Source of the DNA: Candidatus Altimarinota bacterium
GTDB taxonomy: Bacteria > Patescibacteriota > Gracilibacteria > 1-14-2-50-48-13
Direction of reading: 5' to 3'
Assembly: GCA_046314355.1 (NCBI GenBank)
Contig: JBKBWQ010000001.1
Span: forward strand, 32,001-96,000
Length of the DNA stretch: 64,000 bases
A model generated the notes under the pieces. The model saw only the letters and a program-made list of their open reading frames with translations. It made no database searches and had not been told where the DNA came from. The translations under genes and the position numbers were made by a program. This document shows positions 37,570-47,858 of this stretch, piece by piece; the first letter of the stretch is position 1, and each line of letters begins with the position of its first letter.

Positions 37570-39037
37570 ATTTTTTGATTTGTTGTGAAGTGAGCTGAGA
37601 ACTTATGAGACACATAGGTACTCCAATTCCAGGAATCGTATTTGCTCCTGTGTAAAAGAGATTATGTACTTTATTACTCTTATTTCTAGGCCGGAAAAAA
37701 GCTGTTTGAAAGAGTGTGTGTGCAAGTCCTAGAGCAGAGCCCTTATGACTATTGTATTTTTTCTTAAAATCCGAGACAGTAAAGATTTTTTTAATATGAA
37801 CATGATTTTCAATACTTTCTCCCAGCCATTCTTCAAGCATAGAAATGATTTTTGACTGATAGAGAGTCCTAATGGTCTCATCATCTTCTAAGCCGCTTGC
37901 GACGGGGACAAGTACAAATACATTTTCTCCGTAATGCGGAGCAACAGTATCATCTGTCTTTGATGGACAGCCAATATAGATGGAAGGATTCTCGGGCCAT
38001 TCCGGCTGGTCAAATATCTCAGCAAAATGTTTCTGCCAGTCACTGGCGAAGAAGAGGTTATGATGCTGAAGTTTTGCGAGCTTTTTATTAAGACCTAAAT
38101 AGATAATAAAGGCGGAAGGTGATTGTGTGCGTTTTTTCCAGTATGTTTCAGAGTACTGCTGATATTTTTTTGGAAGCAGACGTGTTTCTGTAAAATGGTA
38201 GTCTCCATTAGACAGTATGACATCTCCTTTTACATATGTTCCATTTGTAAGCATGATGCCTGATGCTTTCTTTGTACCTGGATCAATGCATATTTTCTCC
38301 ACAGATATATTTGAGTGAAGTTTTGCTCCAAATTCCTTTGCAAGTTTTATGAGTGCGCAAGGGATTTCATACATTCCACCTTTGGGATACCATACTCCCA
38401 TATTGAAATCTATGTGGGACATGATGTTGTAAAGTGCAGGTGTATTTTTGGGAGACCCACCCAGGAATACAAGAGTATACTGCATGATCTGCTGTATTCT
38501 TTTATCCTTAAAGAATCGTGATACATATTTATCCATGTTTTCAAAGACATGAAGCTTGCTGCCCTCTATGAGGAGCTTTTTATTGAAAAAGCTAAAGATA
38601 GAAGAGTAATTCTTATATACAAAATCCTTCATGGCAATGTGATAAGACTCTTCACTTCTTTGTATGAATTCTTTTAACTTTGCTTTTGAACCTTTTTCCC
38701 AAGATTCGAACAAATCACCAAGCTCATCAATATCCGTCGAAATATCATAGTAAGTCTTGTCCTCAAAAAATACCCGGTAACTGGGGGTAAGCTGCTGGAG
38801 TGATAAATAATCTTCAATGTTTTTCCCAACGGATTTGAAGAATTTTTCAAATACATCAGGCATGAGATACCAGGATGGTCCCATATCAAAGCGGAATCCA
38901 TCTTCAGAAAAGGTATTCGCTCTGCCTCCAAGATTCTCATTTTTTTCAAAAAGCTCCACGTCAAAGCCTTCTTTTGCGAGCTGTACTGCGCTTGCAAGTC
39001 CTCCGATCCCTCCCCCAATAATAAGAACTTTCTTCAT
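37553..39037 (-). CDS. crtI: Phytoene desaturase
   Basis: IIGGGIGGL FAD motif, GGRA, GFRFDMGPSWYLMP, WYPKGG, GLAHTLFQT, PGIGVPMCLIS. Confidence 0.93.
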   Translation of the reverse strand: MKKVLIIGGGIGGLASAVQLAKEGFDVELFEKNENLGGRANTFSEDGFRFDMGPSWYLMPDVFEKFFKSVGKNIEDYLSLQQLTPSYRVFFEDKTYYDISTDIDELGDLFESWEKGSKAKLKEFIQRSEESYHIAMKDFVYKNYSSIFSFFNKKLLIEGSKLHVFENMDKYVSRFFKDKRIQQIMQYTLVFLGGSPKNTPALYNIMSHIDFNMGVWYPKGGMYEIPCALIKLAKEFGAKLHSNISVEKICIDPGTKKASGIMLTNGTYVKGDVILSNGDYHFTETRLLPKKYQQYSETYWKKRTQSPSAFIIYLGLNKKLAKLQHHNLFFASDWQKHFAEIFDQPEWPENPSIYIGCPSKTDDTVAPHYGENVFVLVPVASGLEDDETIRTLYQSKIISMLEEWLGESIENHVHIKKIFTVSDFKKKYNSHKGSALGLAHTLFQTAFFRPRNKSNKVHNLFYTGANTIPGIGVPMCLISSQLTSQQIKKYVRRN

Positions 39038-39049
39038 TACAAGTGTTAA

Positions 39050-39307
39050 TTATTTCTTCTTGCTTCCCCAGCGCCACTCTGGCTTTTCACCGGTTCTATA
39101 ACAGATAAGAATAAGTAAAATAGTCAGTATAAGAATTTGTAAAAATGCACCATAAGGTAGAGTTTTTTCTATCTCCGCATTCCGCGTCACTGGAATAAGT
39201 ATGGCAGCAAGCAAGACAATATAGCCAATAAGAATACACCACCCTTGCCAGCTTGCTGGCGTCCATCCATAGCCGTATGTCTTGTTTTTGAACCAAAGGT
39301 GCTTCAT
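39050..39307 (-). CDS. Small membrane protein (WF..K.YG.GW.P.SWQGW type)
   Basis: Two TMs; 12 bp upstream of crtI; start placed at ATG 39307. Confidence 0.7.
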   Translation of the reverse strand: MKHLWFKNKTYGYGWTPASWQGWCILIGYIVLLAAILIPVTRNAEIEKTLPYGAFLQILILTILLILICYRTGEKPEWRWGSKKK

Positions 39308-39557
39308 AGAACATGTGAAAATCTTTTCGCTCACTATAATCTTTTTTAGATAGAAAATGAAGAGGAAAATATGCATTGATATCTCTATCAATTTGAAATA
39401 CTAACAGCATTATGTCTTGTGAGTGGCTATCTACATACTGTGCCTTATTTTTCATGAGTACATTATGTGTATGGATAGATACTATTTTTACGTTGTTTTG
39501 ACAATAATAGGGAAACCGCTACCATTTGGATCATATCTTATTACCTTCCTTCCTTTT

Positions 39558-39842
39558 ATGGAAACAAAGTCACAGGCTCAGTTTAATGCAGAGTTCAGTG
39601 AAAATATTTCACGTCTTTTCATCTTCCGGTTTCTCTGGATGTACATCTGGATTTTTCCTCTAGCAGTTTGGGGACTCTGGATCGGGATTATTTCTTTTCT
39701 TCAGTTCTGGTATATGCTCTTTACTGGAAAACGACACAGAGGGTTCTGGGATAGGACTGTGCGGTTTACAAAGTATGTCACTAAATGGGGTGCATATTTG
39801 AAATATGTAACTGATGAGCGTCCGCAGCTTATTGAGGATTAA
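39558..39842 (+). CDS. DUF4389-like membrane protein
   Basis: SRLFIFR...QFWYMLFTGKR...Y...TDERP; start placed at ATG 39558. Confidence 0.7.
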   Translation: METKSQAQFNAEFSENISRLFIFRFLWMYIWIFPLAVWGLWIGIISFLQFWYMLFTGKRHRGFWDRTVRFTKYVTKWGAYLKYVTDERPQLIED

Positions 39843-39852
39843 TAGGTAATAG

Positions 39853-39883
39853 AAAGACCCCTTCATCAATGAGGGGTCTTTTT
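39853..39883. terminator. Bidirectional terminator
   Basis: AAAGACCCCT...AGGGGTCTTTTT between convergent genes. Confidence 0.75.
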
Positions 39884-39905
39884 AGATACTACAACCTGGT
39901 ATTTT

Positions 39906-40568
39906 TTAAGATTGCTTGGGATAATTATCCATCTTCCACGCTATATGCGATATGGTGCGTCCCACAGCCAGATGCTTCTTTTCATAATATGTTTGTATCG
40001 CTAGCGCTCCATCAGGTGTGCCTTTCTCATATATATCTTCCTGATTGTCCACGATCTCAAGTCCTAAATCTTTCAATGTCTCTTTTGTATATTCATAGAG
40101 ATCCCGATCATCTGTCTTCAAATGTACAATTCCTCCTGGACGGAGTATCGGAACGTACCGCTCAAGGAATCTCGGGGATGTAAGGCGTTTTTTTGCATCG
40201 CCTTTGAGAGGATACGGATCAGGAAATGTTATCCATATTTCATCGACTTCACTTTCTCCAAAGTACTCAAGTAGATGATCTATATATCCCTGTAAGAAGC
40301 GTACATTTTTAAGTTCTGCCTGCAGTGCATTTCCAGCTCCTTTCCAGAGACGTGCACCTTTAATATCCATTCCGATAAAACTATTATCAGGATATATCTT
40401 ACCTAAGGAAAGAGTGTAGTCTCCCTTGCCGCATCCAAGCTCTAGAATAATCGGATAATGATTCTCAAACACTCTTTCTCTCCATTGTCCCTGAATACCC
40501 TTTGGTTCAAAAAGGACATTTGGAAAAGTTTTTAGTTCTTCGTAGCGCTTGAGTTTTTTGCGGGGCAT
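39906..40568 (-). CDS. trmB: tRNA (guanine-N7)-methyltransferase
   Basis: LELGCGKG, IGMDIKGARLW, EIWITFPDP, KRLTS, LKTD, T.YE; start placed at ATG 40568. Confidence 0.93.
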   Translation of the reverse strand: MPRKKLKRYEELKTFPNVLFEPKGIQGQWRERVFENHYPIILELGCGKGDYTLSLGKIYPDNSFIGMDIKGARLWKGAGNALQAELKNVRFLQGYIDHLLEYFGESEVDEIWITFPDPYPLKGDAKKRLTSPRFLERYVPILRPGGIVHLKTDDRDLYEYTKETLKDLGLEIVDNQEDIYEKGTPDGALAIQTYYEKKHLAVGRTISHIAWKMDNYPKQS

Positions 40569-40698
40569 AAAGTAGCAAATAGTGTATAGCATTAGCAATA
40601 GTAGAATTTGAGAGAGAAAAGTAAATAGAAAATGCAGATGGTGTGATTGAATTTTTTCTAAACTTATCTATTGTAGGTATATATTTCTTATCTATTTT

Positions 40699-41529
40699 AT
40701 GCAGCAGCTTCATTCATTTCTTGCCGCAGACGGTCTTGAGCTTCACGGACTTCTTCATACTTCTGGCTCCAAAAGCTGCGTCATACATATTCATGGATTA
40801 GGAGGGAATTTCTATAAGGATTGGTATACACCTGCTATGGTCTCTCTCTATAAAGAAAAAGGATATGATTACTTTACATTCAATAACCGTGGAGCTGACT
40901 TTGTAAAACGTATGAAATATCCCAAGGAGGATCGTCAAAGATGGCTTGGATATAGCTATGAAATTTTTGAAGAGTCAGTATATGATATTGAAGGAGTGAT
41001 AGAATATCTGAAATCTCTAGGATACACTTCCTTTATTCTGCAGGGGCATAGCAGCGGATGCCAAAAGGCGCTTTTTGCGATTACGCAGAAAGAGTTTAAA
41101 GAAGTACAAAAATTGATACTACTCTCCCCATGTGATGATAGGGGACTTTACCTGAGAGACTGGAGTGAAGAAGGACTGGAAAAGAGACTTGAACTTGCTT
41201 CTAAACATTTAGATACGCTTATTACAGATCCTGATTTTTTTATGGGGATGCCGATATCAGGAAATACTTTCTTAAGCCACTTTGCAAAGGGAAGTGCCTT
41301 TGATTGTTTTCATTATTACGATGAAGATCGTACATTTGCTGAATTAGAAAAGAATCCTTTACCGACACTTGTACTCTTTGGAAGCGACGATTATGTGATA
41401 GACTTTAAAAATATTGAGCGGGTTTTTGCTGAGCACAATAATTACGATCTTCATATCATTGAAGGAGCCGGACACAAATATGACGGCTTTGAGAATGAAC
41501 TCAAAACCGTCATATCATCTTTTTTATAA
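40699..41529 (+). CDS. Alpha/beta hydrolase (DUF1749-like)
   Basis: HIHGLGGNF, NNRG, nucleophile GHSSGCQK, C-terminal GAGH. Confidence 0.85.
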   Translation: MQQLHSFLAADGLELHGLLHTSGSKSCVIHIHGLGGNFYKDWYTPAMVSLYKEKGYDYFTFNNRGADFVKRMKYPKEDRQRWLGYSYEIFEESVYDIEGVIEYLKSLGYTSFILQGHSSGCQKALFAITQKEFKEVQKLILLSPCDDRGLYLRDWSEEGLEKRLELASKHLDTLITDPDFFMGMPISGNTFLSHFAKGSAFDCFHYYDEDRTFAELEKNPLPTLVLFGSDDYVIDFKNIERVFAEHNNYDLHIIEGAGHKYDGFENELKTVISSFL

Positions 41530-41536
41530 GTATATA

Positions 41537-43471
41537 CTATTGTATATAGTCTACCCATTTTCCAGCTACTTCCTTAAGTCCGAGATCATTGACTAGTCTC
41601 GTTTCTTCAGCATTCTGTCTATAGAGATTCGCTGATTTTTCTGAGAGAAGTTTTTCAAAGAAAAGCTTATAAAGGTTTGGCCCTGGAAGGAATCCTGTTT
41701 CCTGAGACATATATTGTTTAAACTGAAGTGCAAATGTTTCAGAAAGGGTATTATTTTCTTCATATTGAGGTATCGCGTAGTATACAGGAATATCTTTTAT
41801 TCCCTTAAGGAGAGCAATATTCTCTTTTATTGATACAAAGATCTTTCTCATCTCATCAAGATTACTCTTTGCATTCTCAGGAAGAGTACTCGCACTCACC
41901 TGAATTAGAATACCTGTAGGCATCAGCTGAGCATAACGGTCTTTGAGACCAGTCTTAGCTCCTCCGATGTATTGAGCAAATTTATCAAGGGTAAGAGAGA
42001 GCGGCATACCTTCATTGAGTATAAATACGGGGTATCCTTTTTTCTGAGTAAGTTCTGCTGTTAGACTTGATGTCATACCATATAAGAGCCGAGTCTGATC
42101 TTTACATGCAGTCTTAAGAAAAGCTGCGGTCTCACATTCCTTGGTAGGCTGTGCTTTGCCTCTTCCCTGAAGCTTATCTGCTCCGATCTCGTCGCTCCAT
42201 GCTTCACCATCATATCCAGTGAGTGTGCCATCTCCTAAGGCAATATAGATGTCTCCGATGCCGATAGTTCCTACTTTACTTCTTTTTACAATTTCCTGTG
42301 TTGTATTATCCGCATCAGTACTTTCAAGTATAAGTCTTGATATAAGTGTATATTCACCCTTAGGCAATTTTGAGAAATAGCCATACCATGTTGTTTTTGT
42401 ACTTTTGACTGGAGTGAGTACTTTCTGTGATTCAGTAGTAGCTACGATGCTTCCTTCTTTATTATAGAGAGTAAACTGTGTATAGTATTTCTTTTCCTGA
42501 AGGAGAGCACCGCTTGCGTTGACTACTCCTTGAGGTAGGATACTTTCCGCTTTGATCTGGAGAGTAGGCTCTGTTTGAATATAAGGAACAGATAGTTTTT
42601 CAACTGTTGATTTTCCCTGAGAAGAAGTTGTATATGAAATCTCACGCATAGCTTTACCAGGCGTCTTTACATCTATGGCAGGAGAAAGAATCTTAAAAAG
42701 TGGATCTGTATTATTTTCCTCTGAATAAATCTCCAAAGGATCAGCCTTCTTTTCAAAGGTATCCTGGATTGCAGCTGCAGGGTACATTTCACTAGTACCT
42801 CCAATACTCATACATCCTGGGATCGCAAGGATATTGTAGCTTCCGGCTGGAAGGTTTACAAGAGAGAGGGAGCCGTCTAGAAATAGATCTTTTGTGACCT
42901 CACTCGTACTGCCAAAAGGGCTGCTGTGTACAATATAATGCATAGGCACAGCTGCTGGAGAGGACTGAATATAGTATTGGACAAGTAGTTCTCTCTGAGC
43001 CGCAGGTGTCATAAGAGCTCCGCTTGAAGAAAGGACTGAAGGGGAGATAGGACATGCTCTATCCGCAAAATCTTTTAAAAAGAGCGGGGCATTGACTTTC
43101 GCTTTTACATTTAGAAGATCCTGGTACGTATTTACCTGTGAAAGACCTAGAGATATATATGTATTGCTGCTGGTAATCATTTGTCCTTCCTGAGGTGCAG
43201 AGGAATTCATCTTCACGGTCTCGGCGAGAAGACTAATGCGGTCCTCAAACATCTTCATAAGAGGTTCCATATGTTTCATAAAGCTATCTGAAAGCTCAAG
43301 AGCACCAGTCTCTTCCTGAGCACTGGAGTGAATACTTCCTGTAGAAGTCTTTTGTACGAGACTTGAAGCTCCGCTATTTTGATTGATGTTCCATGTGGCA
43401 AATGCAAGGATAGAAAAGAGTATCGCAAGCGATCCGACAAGGAGCAGGAATTTTTTGTTTGAGAATTTCAT
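41537..43471 (-). CDS. Secreted/membrane-anchored protein with a degenerate SGNH-like C-terminal domain
   Basis: N-terminal TM; IYIALGDGTLTG and ILNEG resemble SGNH blocks I/II. Confidence 0.6.
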   Translation of the reverse strand: MKFSNKKFLLLVGSLAILFSILAFATWNINQNSGASSLVQKTSTGSIHSSAQEETGALELSDSFMKHMEPLMKMFEDRISLLAETVKMNSSAPQEGQMITSSNTYISLGLSQVNTYQDLLNVKAKVNAPLFLKDFADRACPISPSVLSSSGALMTPAAQRELLVQYYIQSSPAAVPMHYIVHSSPFGSTSEVTKDLFLDGSLSLVNLPAGSYNILAIPGCMSIGGTSEMYPAAAIQDTFEKKADPLEIYSEENNTDPLFKILSPAIDVKTPGKAMREISYTTSSQGKSTVEKLSVPYIQTEPTLQIKAESILPQGVVNASGALLQEKKYYTQFTLYNKEGSIVATTESQKVLTPVKSTKTTWYGYFSKLPKGEYTLISRLILESTDADNTTQEIVKRSKVGTIGIGDIYIALGDGTLTGYDGEAWSDEIGADKLQGRGKAQPTKECETAAFLKTACKDQTRLLYGMTSSLTAELTQKKGYPVFILNEGMPLSLTLDKFAQYIGGAKTGLKDRYAQLMPTGILIQVSASTLPENAKSNLDEMRKIFVSIKENIALLKGIKDIPVYYAIPQYEENNTLSETFALQFKQYMSQETGFLPGPNLYKLFFEKLLSEKSANLYRQNAEETRLVNDLGLKEVAGKWVDYIQ

Positions 43472-43550
43472 ATGTGTTTTTACGAATCAAATTGAAGGTA
43501 TCGAGTAAGTATAACATAGAAGGGGGAAAATGAAAAGGAGGGGGGAAGGA

Positions 43551-43716
43551 AGTAATTGAGTAAGAAGGGGAATTAGGTAAGAAAGTAATTGGGGCTCGTT
43601 ATTGGGCTCTTATCATTGGACGCAATAATTGAGCTCAATTATTCGAGCCTAATTATGTGCCCCAATTATTGAGCCCAATAATTTTCGCCCAGTTATTGAG
43701 TCTATTTCCCGAGCCT
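43551..43716. repeat. Degenerate short tandem repeat array (8-mers, then inverted 12-14-mers)
   Basis: Units like AATAATTGGGCTC / GAGCCCAATTATT around the perfect palindrome AATAATTGAGCTCAATTATT. Confidence 0.7.
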
Positions 43717-43775
43717 CTCATTGACTTCTTCTCATATTTTTAGTATATATACACTACGTTCATATAAGTTCCCTC

Positions 43776-44594
43776 ATGGAATCCCAAATTCAGTTAAAAA
43801 CTATACTATTTTATATTGCAGTAGGCATCCTTGCTCTGTCTTTCATAGGGCTTGCTGTATATATCAATAATTCTCTTGTCGCGCGTCCTGATACAGGAAA
43901 TAGTGCTATTCAGGCTGTATTTTTAGATGTACCTACTGATGCACCTTATGCCAAAGCGGTGTTCGAGCTTAAAAAACAGGGAATATTACAGGGATATCCT
44001 GATAATACGTTTCGTCCTGAAAAAATTGCTTCCCGTGTAGAGGCACTTAAAATGCTTCTTGAATCCTCAGCTCTTGAGAGAAGTGATGTCATTCCATCTT
44101 ATGAAAGGTATATGGAAAACGAAAAAGTTGGAGATTTCATTGTCTTTAATGATATTCCTAAAGACTCATGGTTTGCTCCATATATTCTAAAAGCTTCCCG
44201 TCTCAATATGATCTCAGGAAATCCGGATGGTGCATTCGTAGCTACGAAGCCGGTAAACTATTCTGAGTTTCTGAAAATGATGCTTCTCTTGGAGAGAGAT
44301 AGTATTTCTGAAGATGAGGGAAAGACATCTCCATTCCCAGGAGTAGATCCAAATCAATGGTACACCCCTTACTTCGCAAGAGCAAAGGCTTTAAAGCTGC
44401 TCCCTATTGATGGAGAGACAGAAATGAATCCTTCTGAAGAACTCTCACGAGGAAAAATTGCAATGCTTCTCTACACTGCACGAGTTCTCCGTACAAAATC
44501 CAGTGAAAATATGAACGGCGGAAAAAATATGCAGGAACTAGATAGAATGAGAACGTATCTGGAAGATCCTACTGCAAGCGGAAGCACATTGTAA
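43776..44594 (+). CDS. S-layer homology (SLH) domain protein
   Basis: FLDVP...Y..AV..L...GILQGYPDNTFRPE...SR.EALKM; three SLH-like repeats. Confidence 0.88.
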   Translation: MESQIQLKTILFYIAVGILALSFIGLAVYINNSLVARPDTGNSAIQAVFLDVPTDAPYAKAVFELKKQGILQGYPDNTFRPEKIASRVEALKMLLESSALERSDVIPSYERYMENEKVGDFIVFNDIPKDSWFAPYILKASRLNMISGNPDGAFVATKPVNYSEFLKMMLLLERDSISEDEGKTSPFPGVDPNQWYTPYFARAKALKLLPIDGETEMNPSEELSRGKIAMLLYTARVLRTKSSENMNGGKNMQELDRMRTYLEDPTASGSTL

Positions 44595-44606
44595 CATGGA
44601 CCTTCC

Positions 44607-44649
44607 GAGCCTATCCCCCTGACAAGGGGGACCTAGGGGGTTTGAGCCC
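44607..44649. repeat. Partial third copy of the structured repeat element
   Basis: GAGCCTATCCCCCTGACAAGGGGGACCTAGGGGGTTTGAGCCC matches the 3' module of 2743-2993 and 10492-10768. Confidence 0.8.
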
Positions 44650-44673
44650 AGATCTAAGTTTAGGCTCTCAGCT

Positions 44674-45036
44674 CTAAGCCCAGCCTCTTTCCTTGAGTGC
44701 TGGATGGTCAAGTCCCAAATAATGTCCAATCTCATGCATGAGTGTTTTTGTGATCTGTTCCATCACATGATTTCCATGCAGTCCAAATTGTTCTATGATG
44801 GGACGTGCATACACTACAATATCTGGAGGAGTAAGATTGCTTCCGTCAGAGGCAGCAAGTGAGACCCCAAAAAAATCTCCATATCTATCATGTTCTGGTG
44901 AATCCCAAAGTACTCTGATATGTGTTCGTTTAATCATATCTCTAAAAGCAGGAGATTCTTTTTCGAGGATCTCTTCAAAGGCTGTATCTACAAGTGTTTC
45001 TATGTGAGCGAGTTCAGTTTGCTGATGTTCAGTCAT
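44674..45036 (-). CDS. Zincin-like metallopeptidase (DUF1025-type)
   Basis: G.F.GV...PPDIVVY..PI...T..HEIGHYLG.D. Confidence 0.85.
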   Translation of the reverse strand: MTEHQQTELAHIETLVDTAFEEILEKESPAFRDMIKRTHIRVLWDSPEHDRYGDFFGVSLAASDGSNLTPPDIVVYARPIIEQFGLHGNHVMEQITKTLMHEIGHYLGLDHPALKERGWA

Positions 45037-45096
45037 AGGATAGGTGTATGGAAAAAATGTACAATATTATTTTACACTATAATGCTGTAGTTTTAC

Positions 45097-45127
45097 AAAA
45101 AACTCACCTTGGTTTGGTGAGTTTTTT
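45097..45127 (-). terminator. Terminator of the atp operon
   Basis: AAAAAACTCACC...GGTGAGTTTTTT directly after the atpC stop. Confidence 0.75.
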
Positions 45128-45129
45128 CT

Positions 45130-45540
45130 TTATTCCTTTATATCCTGCATCTGCTTCACAAGCATAATCCTTTCTTCCTCCATGAACTTCAGCTGAGATT
45201 TAGAGAGATCATCTCCTCTTCGGAGAGCTTCTTCCACATAAGCTAAATATGCTGCAGCTGAAACATGGGAGATCTCTTCAATTGGTTCGCAGGCAATAAG
45301 GAGCACTTCACAATTATTTGTAGTATTTGTGAAGGTAACTAATCCTCGTCTTCCAATATATTCATCTGATCTATCCTGATTTTTTACGAAAATACGCGTA
45401 TAGGCAACTGAACCTAGAAAATCAGCATGATGTCCCAGAATAGTAATCTGACCCGTCTCTGTTTTTAGACTGATGCTTTCTGCATTTCCTTCAAATACAG
45501 TTTTATCAGGAGTCTTTATAGTAAGTGTAAATTGTGACAT
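45130..45540 (-). CDS. atpC: F-type ATP synthase epsilon subunit
   Basis: TPDKTVFEG...G.ITIL.HH; follows atpD. Confidence 0.85.
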   Translation of the reverse strand: MSQFTLTIKTPDKTVFEGNAESISLKTETGQITILGHHADFLGSVAYTRIFVKNQDRSDEYIGRRGLVTFTNTTNNCEVLLIACEPIEEISHVSAAAYLAYVEEALRRGDDLSKSQLKFMEEERIMLVKQMQDIKE

Positions 45541-45549
45541 TGAAAATTA

Positions 45550-46959
<1,410 letters not shown>

Positions 46960-47853
46960 TTAAGATGCAATAGCTTCTCCAGCTGCTACAATCTCCGCAA
47001 TCTGCTGGGTAATTGCCTGTTGTCTGGTTTTATTATAAACAAGTGTAAGTTCTCCTACTTTCTTTTCAGCGGCTTCAGTAGCGCTCTGCATTGCTACCAT
47101 TCGACTTGAGTACTCAGAAGCCTTTAGTTCAAAGAATGACTGAATGAACGCAGACTGAATGAGTTGCTCATAGAGTGTATCAAGTACAGATTCTTTAGAT
47201 GGTTCGTAAAGTACATCACGGTCAAGGATAATCTCGGGTTTTTGCTTACTTATCATATCTTTTTTAAAGGAAGATATCATCTCCTCTGAAAAAGGTAGAA
47301 ATGTCTTAAGTCTCGGATAGAACGTAAAAGAGTTGTGATAATGGGGAACTACAAAGAGAATTTCCTTTGTTTCTTCAGAGTTCCACAGATTTAACAGCTC
47401 ATCAACGATACCTAGGGCATCAAGCGTCGTCAGATCCTCTGAGAGTCCTACAAAACTTTTCTGTACACTTACTCCAATAGATCGTGCATATTCTGTAGCC
47501 TTTTTACCAATGGTAATCAGTATACGCTGTTCAGGCGGTAGCTCATTCCATTTATTGGACTGAAAAAGTGCTTTTTCAAGCTGAGTATTGAGCCCTCCGC
47601 AGAGACCTTTATCTGAGGTATAGAGCACAAAAACGCTTTTACCTTCCTCGCGGATCTCACTAAATATAGTGCTCGCTGAATTCTGCATGTTTTCTTCCAG
47701 CATATGTAGCAAAGAAAGTACATATGATCTTGTAGAAAGAGCTTTCCTTTGAAAATTACGCATCTTGCTTGCTGCTACCAGCTGCATAGCTTTTGTAATC
47801 TTCTTTGTGCTTTTTACACCCTCGATTTGTTTCTTTACTTCGAGTAGGGACAT
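46960..47853 (-). CDS. atpG: F-type ATP synthase gamma subunit
   Basis: KITKAMQLVAASK, TSDKGLCG, ASE.SSRM.AM, RQ.AIT. Confidence 0.96.
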   Translation of the reverse strand: MSLLEVKKQIEGVKSTKKITKAMQLVAASKMRNFQRKALSTRSYVLSLLHMLEENMQNSASTIFSEIREEGKSVFVLYTSDKGLCGGLNTQLEKALFQSNKWNELPPEQRILITIGKKATEYARSIGVSVQKSFVGLSEDLTTLDALGIVDELLNLWNSEETKEILFVVPHYHNSFTFYPRLKTFLPFSEEMISSFKKDMISKQKPEIILDRDVLYEPSKESVLDTLYEQLIQSAFIQSFFELKASEYSSRMVAMQSATEAAEKKVGELTLVYNKTRQQAITQQIAEIVAAGEAIAS

Positions 47854-47858
47854 GAGTT

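Noticed and set aside
43551-43716. CRISPR array
   Set aside because: Units are 12-14 nt, degenerate and adjacent, with no unique spacers and no cas genes
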